From NCBI GenBank assembly GCA_963824505.1, contig CAWGPS010000030.1, forward strand, positions 4,658-68,657: DNA of 64,000 nt, in the 5' to 3' direction. The notes beneath the pieces were generated by a model that made no database searches, had not been told where the DNA came from, and saw only the letters and a list, made by a program, of their open reading frames with translations. A program made the position numbers and the translations under genes. This document shows, in pieces, positions 48,650 through 57,710 of the stretch; the first letter of the stretch is position 1; each line of letters begins with the position of its first letter. Source of the stretch: an uncultured Actinomycetota bacterium. Lineage in GTDB: Bacteria > Actinomycetota > Actinomycetes > Mycobacteriales > Mycobacteriaceae.

Positions 48650-49969
48650 ATGGTCACGTACTACCCCGAACTCGCGCGGCGGGTGCGTAGTCAGCGCGAT
48701 CTGCAGCCCGCTCTCTACGGGGACTTCGACTTCGACCAGCAGCCGGACCGGCTGGCCACGGAACCCGACGTCGACTCCGCGCTGCCCGCCTGGGTCGCAG
48801 ACCGCGCGCCGATCCTGGAAGACGACCGCGTCACGGAGTTGATCAGCACGGCCACCATGCTCGGCGACGTCGTCGCCGATCCCTATGCAGCCCTGATGGA
48901 CACGCACAGCGCCACGCACCTGATCGACATGCTCAAGACCGCCTGCCGGGAGGGGATCGAGGCGGTGCCCGACGCGCCCCCCGAGCTGGCGTCGTTCATC
49001 GCCGCCATGGAGGACACCCCGGAGTGGATCGACTTCGACCTGGTCCGCGAAGGCGCCCGCCAGGAGCGCATCCCCGCGGCGTTGCTGGCCCCCTTCATCA
49101 TCCGCGGCGCCTTCGTCGCGACCTTCACCAACACCTACGCCGCCCTGCCGATGGCCCTGACGGGGGCGCTCTCGGGCAAGCGGGCCGCCCGGCGGGTCAA
49201 CGAGACGGCCAGCTTCTTCGCCGTCACCACCCTGCCCGGCGCCCTGGACCGCTACGGCCCCGGATTCGAAGCGGCCGCCATGGTCCGGTTGATGCACTCG
49301 ATGGTCCGCTACAACGCGCTGAAGAAGTCCGCCAAGTGGGACACCGCCGTCTACGGCATGCCGGTGCCGCAGGTCGACCAGATGCCCGCCGGAATGATCG
49401 GCCAGTACCTGCTGGCCCGCAAAGCGCGCCAGCAGGGCCGGACGGAGTTCACCGCCGGGGAGCGCGCCGCCGTCGAATTCGCCAGGTACCGCTGCTTTCT
49501 GCTCGGCCTGCCGGAGGAACTGTTGCCCTCCGAACCCGCCGACATCATGCACATCATGCACGCGCGCTCGGCGCTGCTGCGCAACGGATTCGACGCCATC
49601 TGCCAGGAACTAGTCCGCGGCACGATGGCGGCCTACCTGCGTCCCGGCACGACGGTGTTCGACCGTTGCGCCGACGCGGTCGAGAAGAGTTTCAGCAAGC
49701 TGACGTTCGTCCGCACCTTCTGCAATGGTGATCGCGATATCGCGGAGGCCATGGGCGTCTCGCTCGGGCCAACCGATCTGGTGCGCATCGCCCTCACGGC
49801 GCCGTTCATCATCGGGCGTTTCACGGCCGTGAGTCACGCCAGCCGCATCCCCGTGCTGCGGGACATCACCGACGCGTACGTCATCGGGCTCATCAAGCTC
49901 CGGTTGGCGACGTACGGCAAGCCCGAATTCATCACCGAAGCAAGACATTACACACCGGCCGCGCATTAA
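48650..49969 (+). CDS. MpaB/DUF2236-family oxygenase-like protein
   Basis: 439 aa. GPGFEAAAMVRLMHSMVRYNAL and the surrounding helical region resemble the DUF2236/MpaB (rubber-oxygenase-related) family. GGCGGAGGG precedes the ATG. Confidence 0.6.
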   Translation: MVTYYPELARRVRSQRDLQPALYGDFDFDQQPDRLATEPDVDSALPAWVADRAPILEDDRVTELISTATMLGDVVADPYAALMDTHSATHLIDMLKTACREGIEAVPDAPPELASFIAAMEDTPEWIDFDLVREGARQERIPAALLAPFIIRGAFVATFTNTYAALPMALTGALSGKRAARRVNETASFFAVTTLPGALDRYGPGFEAAAMVRLMHSMVRYNALKKSAKWDTAVYGMPVPQVDQMPAGMIGQYLLARKARQQGRTEFTAGERAAVEFARYRCFLLGLPEELLPSEPADIMHIMHARSALLRNGFDAICQELVRGTMAAYLRPGTTVFDRCADAVEKSFSKLTFVRTFCNGDRDIAEAMGVSLGPTDLVRIALTAPFIIGRFTAVSHASRIPVLRDITDAYVIGLIKLRLATYGKPEFITEARHYTPAAH

Positions 49970-49995
49970 CGAACGGCCGGCGAGCCGTCACGTTG

Positions 49996-50745
49996 CTAGG
50001 CGAACCACTTGCCCAGCCGCGCCGGCAGCACCCGCATCACCTGGACCAGCGGCACCCAGGGCCACCACGGCACCGCCGCCCGGCCCGGCTCCCGCTCGAT
50101 AGCATCGACCAACGACTTGACACCAGATTCGTTGTCCACCATGAACATCGTGCTGTTTGATTTGGCGGTCATCTCCGACTCGATGTAGCCCGGCTCGATC
50201 GTCGAGACCCTGATGGGACCGCTGTGGTATTCGGCCCGCAGCGACTCACCCAACGAGCTGACGCCGGCTTTGCTTGCGGCGTAGGAGGCTTTGACACCCG
50301 GGACCCCTTTGTTGCCAAGCACCGACGAGATCAGCACCAAATGCCCCGAGCCGCTCTTGTGGAACATCTCCAGCGCGGTCTCGATCTGCACCAGCGCGGC
50401 GACGAGGTTGGTCTCGATGGTCGCCTTGTTCGCCCACAACTTGCCGGAGCCCAGCTTCGCGCCCTTGCCGATGCCGGCGTTGACGATGACTCGGTCGATG
50501 CCGCCGAGCTCGTCGCTGAGTTCGGCGAACACTTTTGGCACCTGTTCGTGGTCGTTGACGTCCAGCGCCGCGACCGCGATCGTGATATTCGGATACCGCT
50601 GCGAAAGCTCAGCTTTCAGCTCGTCGAGCCGGTCGGTGCGACGGGCGCACAGCGCCAGGTCACGTCCCTTCGCGGCGAACGCGCGTGCCATGCCGGCGCC
50701 CAGGCCCGAACTGGCACCGGTGATCAGGATCTTCTGACGAGTCAC
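49996..50745 (-). CDS. Short-chain dehydrogenase/reductase
   Basis: ILITGASSGLGAGMA, NAG, YAASK. GTG 50745. The rest of track ORF 49996..51441 is an off-frame shadow of the fpg-like gene. Confidence 0.88.
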   Translation of the reverse strand: MTRQKILITGASSGLGAGMARAFAAKGRDLALCARRTDRLDELKAELSQRYPNITIAVAALDVNDHEQVPKVFAELSDELGGIDRVIVNAGIGKGAKLGSGKLWANKATIETNLVAALVQIETALEMFHKSGSGHLVLISSVLGNKGVPGVKASYAASKAGVSSLGESLRAEYHSGPIRVSTIEPGYIESEMTAKSNSTMFMVDNESGVKSLVDAIEREPGRAAVPWWPWVPLVQVMRVLPARLGKWFA

Positions 50746-50774
50746 CCGGGCAGCATATCGGCCTCGCCCACCGC

Positions 50775-51638
50775 CTATTTGAGCAGCCGCGACATCCGGC
50801 GGTCCGCCAACACCTTGCCGCCGGTCTGGCACGTCGGACAGTACTGAAAAGACTTGTCCGCGAACGACACCTCGCGCACGGTGTCGCCGCAGACCGGGCA
50901 CGGCAGCCCGGTGCGGGCGTGCACCCGCAGCCCGGACCGTTTCTCCCCTTTGAGCATCGCGGCACCCTGGCCGACCGAACGGTTCACCGCGTCCGTCAGG
51001 ACGATGACCATGGCGTCGTGCAGGGTGATGAGTTGCTCGTCGGTCAGCTTCCCGGCGGTCGCGAACGGTGAGATCTTGGCGACGTGCAGGATCTCGTCGC
51101 TGTAGGCGTTGCCGATGCCGGCGATCACTTTTTGGTCGGTGAGGACGGTCTTGATGCGGCCCGTGTTGCCGGCCAGCACGCGCGCCAGATCGTCGGCGCG
51201 CAGGTCCAACGCGTCGGGGCCCAGCACGGCGATCCCCGGTACCTGCCGCGGGTCGTCGACGAGCCACACCGCCAGCCGCTTCTGGGTCCCCGCCTCGGTG
51301 AGATCGAATCCGGGCGCCTCGCCGGGCGTGCCGAGGTGCACCCGCAGCGCGATCGGCCCCTTGCCCGGCCGCAGCGGCGCCGCGGCCAGCTTGTCGGACC
51401 AGCGCAACCAACCCGCGCGGGAGAGGTGGGCGATCAACCACCGCTCCCCGGCCTCCAGGCCGAGGTACTTGCCCCAGCGCCGGGATCCGGTCACGGCGTG
51501 TCCCTGCAGGGCGGTGACCGGGGGGTCGAAGGTTTTCAGCACCGACAGGGCGGCCACGTCGACGCGGCCGACCGGCAACCCGACGGCACGGCGCCGCAGG
51601 TGGTCGACCAGCGCTTCGATCTCGGGAAGTTCGGGCAC
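50775..51638 (-). CDS. Fpg/Nei-family DNA glycosylase / AP lyase
   Basis: N-terminal MPELPEIE, H2TH region (IKTVLTDQKVIAGIGNAYSDEILH) and a C-terminal zinc finger CPVCG...CPTCQ. Confidence 0.9.
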   Translation of the reverse strand: MPELPEIEALVDHLRRRAVGLPVGRVDVAALSVLKTFDPPVTALQGHAVTGSRRWGKYLGLEAGERWLIAHLSRAGWLRWSDKLAAAPLRPGKGPIALRVHLGTPGEAPGFDLTEAGTQKRLAVWLVDDPRQVPGIAVLGPDALDLRADDLARVLAGNTGRIKTVLTDQKVIAGIGNAYSDEILHVAKISPFATAGKLTDEQLITLHDAMVIVLTDAVNRSVGQGAAMLKGEKRSGLRVHARTGLPCPVCGDTVREVSFADKSFQYCPTCQTGGKVLADRRMSRLLK

Positions 51639-51642
51639 CTAC

Positions 51643-52386
51643 TCAGTCTGCCGCTCGCAGCAAATAGGTGTCCATGATCCAGCCGTGCTGTGCGCGAGCT
51701 TCGGCGCGCAGCGCCGCGATGCGCCGGCCCACCTCGCCGACGGTGCCCGCGACCAGGAGCTCGTCATCGGTGCCGAGGTAGGCGCCCCACCAGATTCGGG
51801 TGTCCGCGGGGCACACCTGAAACGAGCAGTCGGCGTCGAGCATCACCACCGCAGAACCGGCCAGCCCGTGCGCGCGCAGCTTTCTACCGGTGGTGATCAG
51901 AACCGGTTCCCCGATCTCGTTGAGCGGGATGCGGTGTCGGGCCGTCAGCGCCTGCACCGCAGTGATGCCCGGGATGACGTCGAAGGTGAAGTCCAGCTCG
52001 GCGGCGACCGCGTCGAGGATGCGCAATGTGCTGTCGTAGAGCGACGGGTCACCCCAGGCCAGGAGCGCGCCGACCCCGTCTGGACCCAGCTCGTCGGCGA
52101 AGGCCCCGGCCCACAGCCGCGCCCGTGCGGCGTGCCACTCCGACACCGCATCGCGATAGTCCGAGCCTGCCGACCGTTCGGGGTCGGGCAACTCGACGAA
52201 TCGGTACCCGGGCTCGCGGATGAACCGGGCGCAGATCTCGCGCCGCAACGCCACCAGGTCGCTCTTGGCCTCGCCCTTGTCCATCGCGAAGAAGACCTGG
52301 GTGTCGTTGAGCGCCTCGATCGCCTGGACCGTCAGGTACGCGGGGTCGCCCACGCCGATGCCGATGACGTGAATATGCCGGGTCAA
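51643..52386 (-). CDS. cobF: Precorrin-6A synthase (deacetylating)
   Basis: TP-methylase fold (IHVIGIGVGDPAYLTVQAIEAL...WGDPSLYDSTLRI...IPGITAVQAL). TTG start with GGAGGAG 5 nt upstream. Ends 4 nt before the fpg-like start. Confidence 0.85.
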   Translation of the reverse strand: MTRHIHVIGIGVGDPAYLTVQAIEALNDTQVFFAMDKGEAKSDLVALRREICARFIREPGYRFVELPDPERSAGSDYRDAVSEWHAARARLWAGAFADELGPDGVGALLAWGDPSLYDSTLRILDAVAAELDFTFDVIPGITAVQALTARHRIPLNEIGEPVLITTGRKLRAHGLAGSAVVMLDADCSFQVCPADTRIWWGAYLGTDDELLVAGTVGEVGRRIAALRAEARAQHGWIMDTYLLRAAD

Positions 52387-52467
52387 CCCATCTCCTCCAC
52401 GCGCGCGGGTGGTGACGCCAGATTGCCGAATCGAAATCTGAAAGCCCTAGTCGGGTCCTCAAGTACC

Positions 52468-52484
52468 CGGTACCATGGGTACCG
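52468..52484. promoter_or_regulatory. 17-bp palindrome CGGTACC-ATG-GGTACCG in the cobF/diiron-oxygenase divergent promoter region
   Basis: Read directly from the sequence. A third GTACC copy lies immediately upstream (52463-52467). Confidence 0.35.
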
Positions 52485-52515
52485 TCTGGAGCACCCGATG
52501 AAGGGAAGCCGAAGC

Positions 52516-53421
52516 ATGACCACTGCGGTGAAGCCGGGCGGGCCGAGTCGTGAGGAGTTTTCCGACCGATTGCTGAAGGGCTCGGTCAAGAAGTCCTACG
52601 AGCCGATCGTGGACATCGACTGGGACGCGCCGCTGGACCCGGACAAGTTCTATCTGCCGCCGCGGCTGGTGTCGCTGTACGGCACGCCGATGTGGGACGA
52701 AATGACCCGCGCACAGCAGATCGAGCTGTCCCGCCAGGAGCTGGTCAACACGCTGTCGGCCGGCATCTGGTTCGAGAACATGCTCAACCAGTCGTTGCTG
52801 CGCACGATCCTGCACGAGGACCCGACCAGTAATTCGACGCATTACAAGCTGACGGAGCTGGGCGACGAGACCCGCCACATGGTCATGTTCGGCAAGGCCA
52901 TCGAGCGGATCGGCGCCAAGCCGGTGCGCCCGCGGCGGTTCCAACGCATGATCATCAACTCGCTCCCGCTGGCATTCCAGCGCGGCTCGATGCTGTGGGT
53001 GGCCGCGCTGATCGGCGAGGAGATCTTCGACTCGCTGCAGCGGCAGATGATGGAGGACCCGGAACTACAGCCGATCATTCAGCGGCTCATGCGGATTCAC
53101 GTCACCGAGGAGGCGCGCCACATCCAGTTCGCCCGTGACGGCGCCCGCAAGCGCGTCGCCGAGATGCCGCGTCTCAACAGATGGTTCATGGCCAACATCA
53201 ACGGGCTCGGCGGGTACTTCTTCAACTATCTGTTCAGCAACCCGATCCCCTACGCGCGCACGGGCTTGGACGCCAGGCGCGCCCGCAAGATCGCGCGCAG
53301 CAGCCCCCACCGCCGTGAGATCCAGGTCGCCGGCTTCGCTCCGCTGGCGGCGTTTCTGACCGAAGTGGGTCTGTTGGGCCCGATCGCGCGCCGCGGGTGG
53401 AAGCGCAGCAGGTTTCTGTGA
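52516..53421 (+). CDS. Four-helix-bundle diiron oxygenase (AurF-like family)
   Basis: E...ExxH...E...ExxH pattern: WFENML, GDETRHMV, LIGEEIFD, VTEEARHIQF. GAAGGGAAG precedes the ATG at 52516. Confidence 0.7.
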   Translation: MTTAVKPGGPSREEFSDRLLKGSVKKSYEPIVDIDWDAPLDPDKFYLPPRLVSLYGTPMWDEMTRAQQIELSRQELVNTLSAGIWFENMLNQSLLRTILHEDPTSNSTHYKLTELGDETRHMVMFGKAIERIGAKPVRPRRFQRMIINSLPLAFQRGSMLWVAALIGEEIFDSLQRQMMEDPELQPIIQRLMRIHVTEEARHIQFARDGARKRVAEMPRLNRWFMANINGLGGYFFNYLFSNPIPYARTGLDARRARKIARSSPHRREIQVAGFAPLAAFLTEVGLLGPIARRGWKRSRFL

Positions 53422-54662
53422 CGCCGGCGGCGCAGGGCCCGCGCGTCGTCGTCATCGGCCGCGGTGCCGCCGGTGCGGCTGTCGCGGCACAACTGGCGGC
53501 GGCCGGCATCACCGATGCGCTGGTCCTGGACGACCGACCGGCCGCCGAGGTCTTCGACGACGCCACCGACACCTGGGTCGTGCACGCCGCGGACGGGAAG
53601 ACCTGGAACAGCCGGATCGTGGTGCGCGCGGGCGAGCAGCCCTACGTCCCATGGATTCCCGACTTTCCCGGCCACGACGACTTTGGCGGCCCGTCCTTTC
53701 ACGCGGCGCAGTGGGATCCCGGCTTCGACCCGGCCGGTAAAAGCGTCGCGGTCGTCGGCGCCGACGCCAGCGCCGGCCACCACCTCGCGCGGCTGACCGA
53801 ATCGGCCGCCTCGGTGACCGTGTTCACGCACGCGCCGCGCCGGATCGTCGACGAACTGCCGACAGCGGCGACCCGCGCCAAACGCTGGCTGGGCCGCCGC
53901 GTCCGGCCGGCCGCGCATCGCGGCCCACCGCGGCCCGCGCTGGTCGGAGCGGCCATCACCGGCATCACCCCGACGGGCATCCGCACCGCTGACGGTGTCG
54001 ACCACTGCGTCGACGCCATCGTCTACGGCACCGGATTCGCGCCCGCCGGGGAGACGCCCGTCGGGGCCGGCGGCGTGACCATCCCGCAGGCGTGGGCCGA
54101 CGGCATGGAGCCCTACTTCGGGGTCGCCGTGCGCGGCTTCCCCAACTACTTCTTCCTGGCGGGGCCGGACGTGGATGCGCAATCGCGTTACATCGTCGAG
54201 TGCCTGCGGCTCATGGCGGACGCCGCGGCCACCCGCATAGAGGTGCGGCGCAGTACTGCGCAGGTGTTCAACGAGCGAGCCTGCTTGCGCGCCGCGCGCC
54301 CGCAACCGGTGGGGTCCGCATTCGACATGTCGCTCAACGGTGGCGAGGCCCGCGCGGCGTACGACGGCACCGCGACTCTGACGATCGGCGAGGTCGCCCA
54401 TCCGGTGTGCGTGCGATTGGCTGGCCGCCTTGATCCGAACGACGGTCAATACCATTGGCAGGGAACGGTTTTCGCGTCACCTGCTCGGCCACTGCCCGAT
54501 GAGGCGCTCCAGCAGTCCAGAACGGCGACCCTGAGCGTGGGCACCTGCAGCGCGCCTGTGCGCATCGTCGAAAAGACCCCCTGGGGCACGCACTCGGTTG
54601 CCGGTGTCGGCGCCCCGCCTTACGCCACGGCTTCGCCGGATTCCCCGCCCGCGCACCGGTAG
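53418..54662 (+). CDS. Flavin-dependent monooxygenase (FMO/BVMO-like) fused to a C-terminal DUF4873-like domain
   Basis: FAD GxGxxG (VVVIGRGAAGAAVAAQL) and a second dinucleotide motif (VAVVGADASAGHH). The C-terminal part reads YDGTATLTIGEVAHPVCVRLAGRLDPNDGQYHWQGTVF. The GTG overlaps the upstream stop (GTGA). Confidence 0.7.
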   Translation: MTPAAQGPRVVVIGRGAAGAAVAAQLAAAGITDALVLDDRPAAEVFDDATDTWVVHAADGKTWNSRIVVRAGEQPYVPWIPDFPGHDDFGGPSFHAAQWDPGFDPAGKSVAVVGADASAGHHLARLTESAASVTVFTHAPRRIVDELPTAATRAKRWLGRRVRPAAHRGPPRPALVGAAITGITPTGIRTADGVDHCVDAIVYGTGFAPAGETPVGAGGVTIPQAWADGMEPYFGVAVRGFPNYFFLAGPDVDAQSRYIVECLRLMADAAATRIEVRRSTAQVFNERACLRAARPQPVGSAFDMSLNGGEARAAYDGTATLTIGEVAHPVCVRLAGRLDPNDGQYHWQGTVFASPARPLPDEALQQSRTATLSVGTCSAPVRIVEKTPWGTHSVAGVGAPPYATASPDSPPAHR

Positions 54663-55054
54663 ACCGAGGTGGCGGATCCCGGAGTTTGGCGGCGAGGGTA
54701 AAGCGGGTAACCCCCGCGCGTGCGCGGTTTGCGCAGTGAACCTCACAGTGTCCGACCCGGCAAGGGGCGGCGTTCCGCACGGACGGGGCGCCGCGCTTCC
54801 CCGCGCCGGAGGCGGACCGCGGAATCCATTGCGAGCCGCCGGGTGAATTAAGCGCTTCTGCCGCGGGGGGATCCTCAGCCAGTCGGCCGGACGGAATCAG
54901 AGGAGCAGGGCATGGACGAGACGGGGCCGAAAAGCCGGATTGCGTCCCATTCGTTCTCGGCGGCACGCTCGATGCGCGCAGGACACACGCAACGTTACGT
55001 GACCCGGGTCTGCGCGGGGTTTAGCGTGGATGGACGCTCGAACGGAGAGGGGTC

Positions 55055-55822
55055 ATGGAGGTGAGCGCCGTAGCCCGATCGCGCGGTTCGCTCGCTGTTG
55101 CCACCCGGCTGGATGAGTCGGTGGCGGTCCTGACCGTCGAGGGTGTGCTGGATAGCGACAACTCCGTCGCCCTGCGCGACGCGATCGTGAAGGCCGTGGC
55201 CGACGAGCCGTCGGCCGTCGTCGTCAACGTCTCCGGGCTTCGGGCCCCTGCTCCGTCGGCGTGGTCCACTTTGATCGGTGCTCGCTGGCAGGTCGCCCGC
55301 CCCGACGTGCCGGTCGTGTTGGTCAGCAATCATCGGCCGACCCGGGAAGCGCTCGGTCAGAGTGACGTCGCCTCGTTCATGCCGGTCGTCTCCACCGAGA
55401 AATCGGCCATGAAGTCGCTCGCCCGGCTCACGCGGCGCACCGTTCGCTGTGCCGAATCCGAGCTGCCGGCCGACCTGAGCAGCCTGCGCGAGTCACGCCG
55501 GCTGGTTCGGGAGTGGCTCACCGCGTGGTCGCAGTCCAAGCTCATCCCCGTCGCCTTGGTGGTGGTCAACGTGTTCGTCGAGAACGTGTTGGAGCACACC
55601 GGAAGCGTCCCGCTGATGCGGGCAGAGGCGGACGGGTCGACGGCCACGATCGCGGTGTCCGACGGCAACAACTCGCCGGCCGTGCGACGGCGGCCCCCCA
55701 CCAGCGGTATCGACGTGTCCGGCCTGGCCATCGTCGACGCGTTGGCGCGGGCGTGGGGCAGCACGCCGACCTCGTCAGGGAAGACCGTCTGGGCGGTCAT
55801 CGGCCCGGAAAATCAGCTCTAG
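55055..55822 (+). CDS. Fusion of a STAS (anti-sigma-factor antagonist) domain and a GHKL/anti-sigma-kinase-like domain (Rv0941c-like by position)
   Basis: N-terminal STAS (VAVLTVEGVLDSDNSVALRDAIVKAV...VVVNVSGL). C-terminal N-box-like VENVLEHT, degenerate G1 VSDGNN, and GLAIVDALA. Confidence 0.7.
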   Translation: MEVSAVARSRGSLAVATRLDESVAVLTVEGVLDSDNSVALRDAIVKAVADEPSAVVVNVSGLRAPAPSAWSTLIGARWQVARPDVPVVLVSNHRPTREALGQSDVASFMPVVSTEKSAMKSLARLTRRTVRCAESELPADLSSLRESRRLVREWLTAWSQSKLIPVALVVVNVFVENVLEHTGSVPLMRAEADGSTATIAVSDGNNSPAVRRRPPTSGIDVSGLAIVDALARAWGSTPTSSGKTVWAVIGPENQL

Positions 55823-55870
55823 CCCGGCGCCCGCGAATTCGGTGTGCCCGGCCCCGAGCGCGGCCCGAAC

Positions 55871-55884
55871 TAGAACACGTTCTA
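55871..55884. promoter_or_regulatory. Second KstR-type operator TAGAACACGTTCTA, upstream of the second LLM oxidoreductase
   Basis: The 16-mer TAGAACACGTTCTAAT is identical to that at 36572-36587. It ends 36 nt upstream of the ATG at 55921. Confidence 0.7.
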
Positions 55885-55920
55885 ATGTCGTGTGACGGCC
55901 CTGGCAGGAAGGCGGATGAC

Positions 55921-56787
55921 ATGCGATTCACCTATGCGGAGGCGATGACCGACTTCAGGTACTACGTCCCCTTGGCCCAGGCGGCCGAGGCGGCGGGCTA
56001 CCACGCCATGACGATCGCCGACAGCATCGCCTACCCCTTCGAATCCGACTCGAAATATCCCTACACGCCCGACGGCAACCGCGAGTTCCTCGACGGCAAG
56101 GAGTTCATCGAGACGTTCGTGCTGACGTCGGCACTGGGCGCCGTTACGTCGACCCTGCGGTTCAACTTCTTCGTCCTCAAGCTGCCGATTCGCCCGCCCG
56201 CTCTGGTGGCCAAGCAAATCAGCTCGCTGGCAGCGATGACCGACAACCGGGTGGGGTTCGGGGTGGGCACCAGCCCGTGGCCGGAGGACTACGAGCTGAT
56301 GGGCGTTCCGTTCGCGCGGCGGGGCAAGCGCATGGACGAGTGCATCGAGATCATCCAAGGCCTCACCTCGGGCGACTACTTCGAGTTCCACGGCGAGTTC
56401 TACGACATCCCCAAGACCAAGATGACCCCGGCCCCGACGCAGCCGATCCCGATCCTGATCGGGGGGCACGCCGATGCGGCGCTCCGGCGTGCGGCACGTC
56501 TGGACGGATGGATGCACGGCGGCGGCGACCCCGAGGAACTCGACGGGCTCATCGCCAAGCTCAGGCGCTATCGCGAGGAAGCGGGTAGGACCGGACCGTT
56601 CGAGATCCACGTCATCTCGGCCGACGCCTACACCGCGGACGGCATCAAGCGCCTCGAGGACAAGGGCGTCACGGACGTCATCGTGGGCTTCCGAATCCCC
56701 TACATCATGGGCCAGGACACCGAGCCGCTGGAAACCAAGATTCGCAACCTGGAGATGTTCGCCGAACACGTGATCGCGAAGGTTTAG
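55921..56787 (+). CDS. Luciferase-like monooxygenase (LLM) class, probably F420-dependent, oxidoreductase (Rv0940c-like)
   Basis: [35 protein letters not shown]...; 288 aa. GGAAGG upstream. An alternative in-frame ATG at 55885 overlaps the operator. Confidence 0.82.
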   Translation: MRFTYAEAMTDFRYYVPLAQAAEAAGYHAMTIADSIAYPFESDSKYPYTPDGNREFLDGKEFIETFVLTSALGAVTSTLRFNFFVLKLPIRPPALVAKQISSLAAMTDNRVGFGVGTSPWPEDYELMGVPFARRGKRMDECIEIIQGLTSGDYFEFHGEFYDIPKTKMTPAPTQPIPILIGGHADAALRRAARLDGWMHGGGDPEELDGLIAKLRRYREEAGRTGPFEIHVISADAYTADGIKRLEDKGVTDVIVGFRIPYIMGQDTEPLETKIRNLEMFAEHVIAKV

Positions 56788-56828
56788 CGGCGGTCGCAAG
56801 CGCGGCGGGCACGTGCAAGTCTAGAGCG

Positions 56829-57674
56829 TCACAGCGGATCCCACTTCGGAGCCCGCTTCTCTCGGTGCGCGATGGCCGCCTCGGTGGGGTTGTTGGTGAA
56901 GCCGCTGAGGATCTGGGTGCGATTCTCCAGTTCGATGGCGTGCCGCAGGCTCGGCGCGTCCAGCGCCGCGTTGAGGCCGATCTTGGTCTGCCACACGCCG
57001 TAGGCGTTGTTCGCGGCGATGGATCGGGCGAGCTCCAGCGCGGCGGGCATCAGGTTGTCCGGCGCCACCACCTCGTGCACGAGCTTGATTCGATAGGCCT
57101 CGTCGGCGTCGATGATGCGGCCGGTCAGCATGAGTTCGCGCGCCACTCCCGCGCCGACGATCTTGGGCAACAGGTAGCTGGTGCCCATGTCCATCGACGA
57201 GAAGCCGGCCTTGATGAACACCGAACCGAACCGCGCCCGGTCGGAGGCCACCCGGATGTCGCAGACCAGCGCGAAGGCGAGCCCCCCGCCGACCGCGACG
57301 CCATTGACGGCGGCTATCACCGGGACGGGCAACTCGTAGAGCCGCGTGAAGAGATCGGCCAGCCGAACCTGGGAGTCGTAGCTGACCTTGAACGCGGGGG
57401 TGTCCGGTTTGGGGTTCGTCCAGGCCTGGCCGGTGCCGCTCAGGTCGGCGCCGGCGCAGAACCCGCGCCCGGCACCGGTCAGGATGGCCACCCGGAAGTC
57501 ACCCGAGCCCAGCGCGTCCAGCGCGCCGTCGACTCCGTCGATCAGCGATCCGTCGATGGCGTTCAGCCGTTCCGGACGGTTGAGTGTGACGCAGGCGATG
57601 TCGTCGTCGAGGGCTTCGAATTCCACAGCGGGCATGCCCAAACCGTAGATGACGTGGTCATTCACCGCGCGCAC
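56829..57674 (-). CDS. Enoyl-CoA hydratase/isomerase family protein
   Basis: [11 protein letters not shown]...GFCAGADL...[16 protein letters not shown]. Start is GTG 57674 or ATG 57635. Confidence 0.85.
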   Translation of the reverse strand: MRAVNDHVIYGLGMPAVEFEALDDDIACVTLNRPERLNAIDGSLIDGVDGALDALGSGDFRVAILTGAGRGFCAGADLSGTGQAWTNPKPDTPAFKVSYDSQVRLADLFTRLYELPVPVIAAVNGVAVGGGLAFALVCDIRVASDRARFGSVFIKAGFSSMDMGTSYLLPKIVGAGVARELMLTGRIIDADEAYRIKLVHEVVAPDNLMPAALELARSIAANNAYGVWQTKIGLNAALDAPSLRHAIELENRTQILSGFTNNPTEAAIAHREKRAPKWDPL

Positions 57675-57710
57675 CTACGGTGGATAGTCGGACACAGCGA
57701 AGGAGCGACC

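Noticed and set aside
49996-51441. 481-aa ORF as a single protein
   Set aside because: Only the C-terminal 249 aa (from GTG 50745) is an SDR. The upstream part is an off-frame read of the Fpg/Nei gene.
52387-52515. Cobalamin riboswitch upstream of cobF, or in the 54663-55054 leader
   Set aside because: I could not find the conserved B12-box (GCCACTG-like) or the GGGAA/GGTG core elements by eye on either strand. A covariance-model scan is needed to be sure.
54334-54966. 210-aa minus-strand ORF in the FMO-STAS intergenic region (the position where M. tuberculosis has a small hypothetical gene annotated, as I recall)
   Set aside because: Arg/Pro-rich, overlaps the FMO 3' end, has no RBS and no motif. 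Treated as non-coding.
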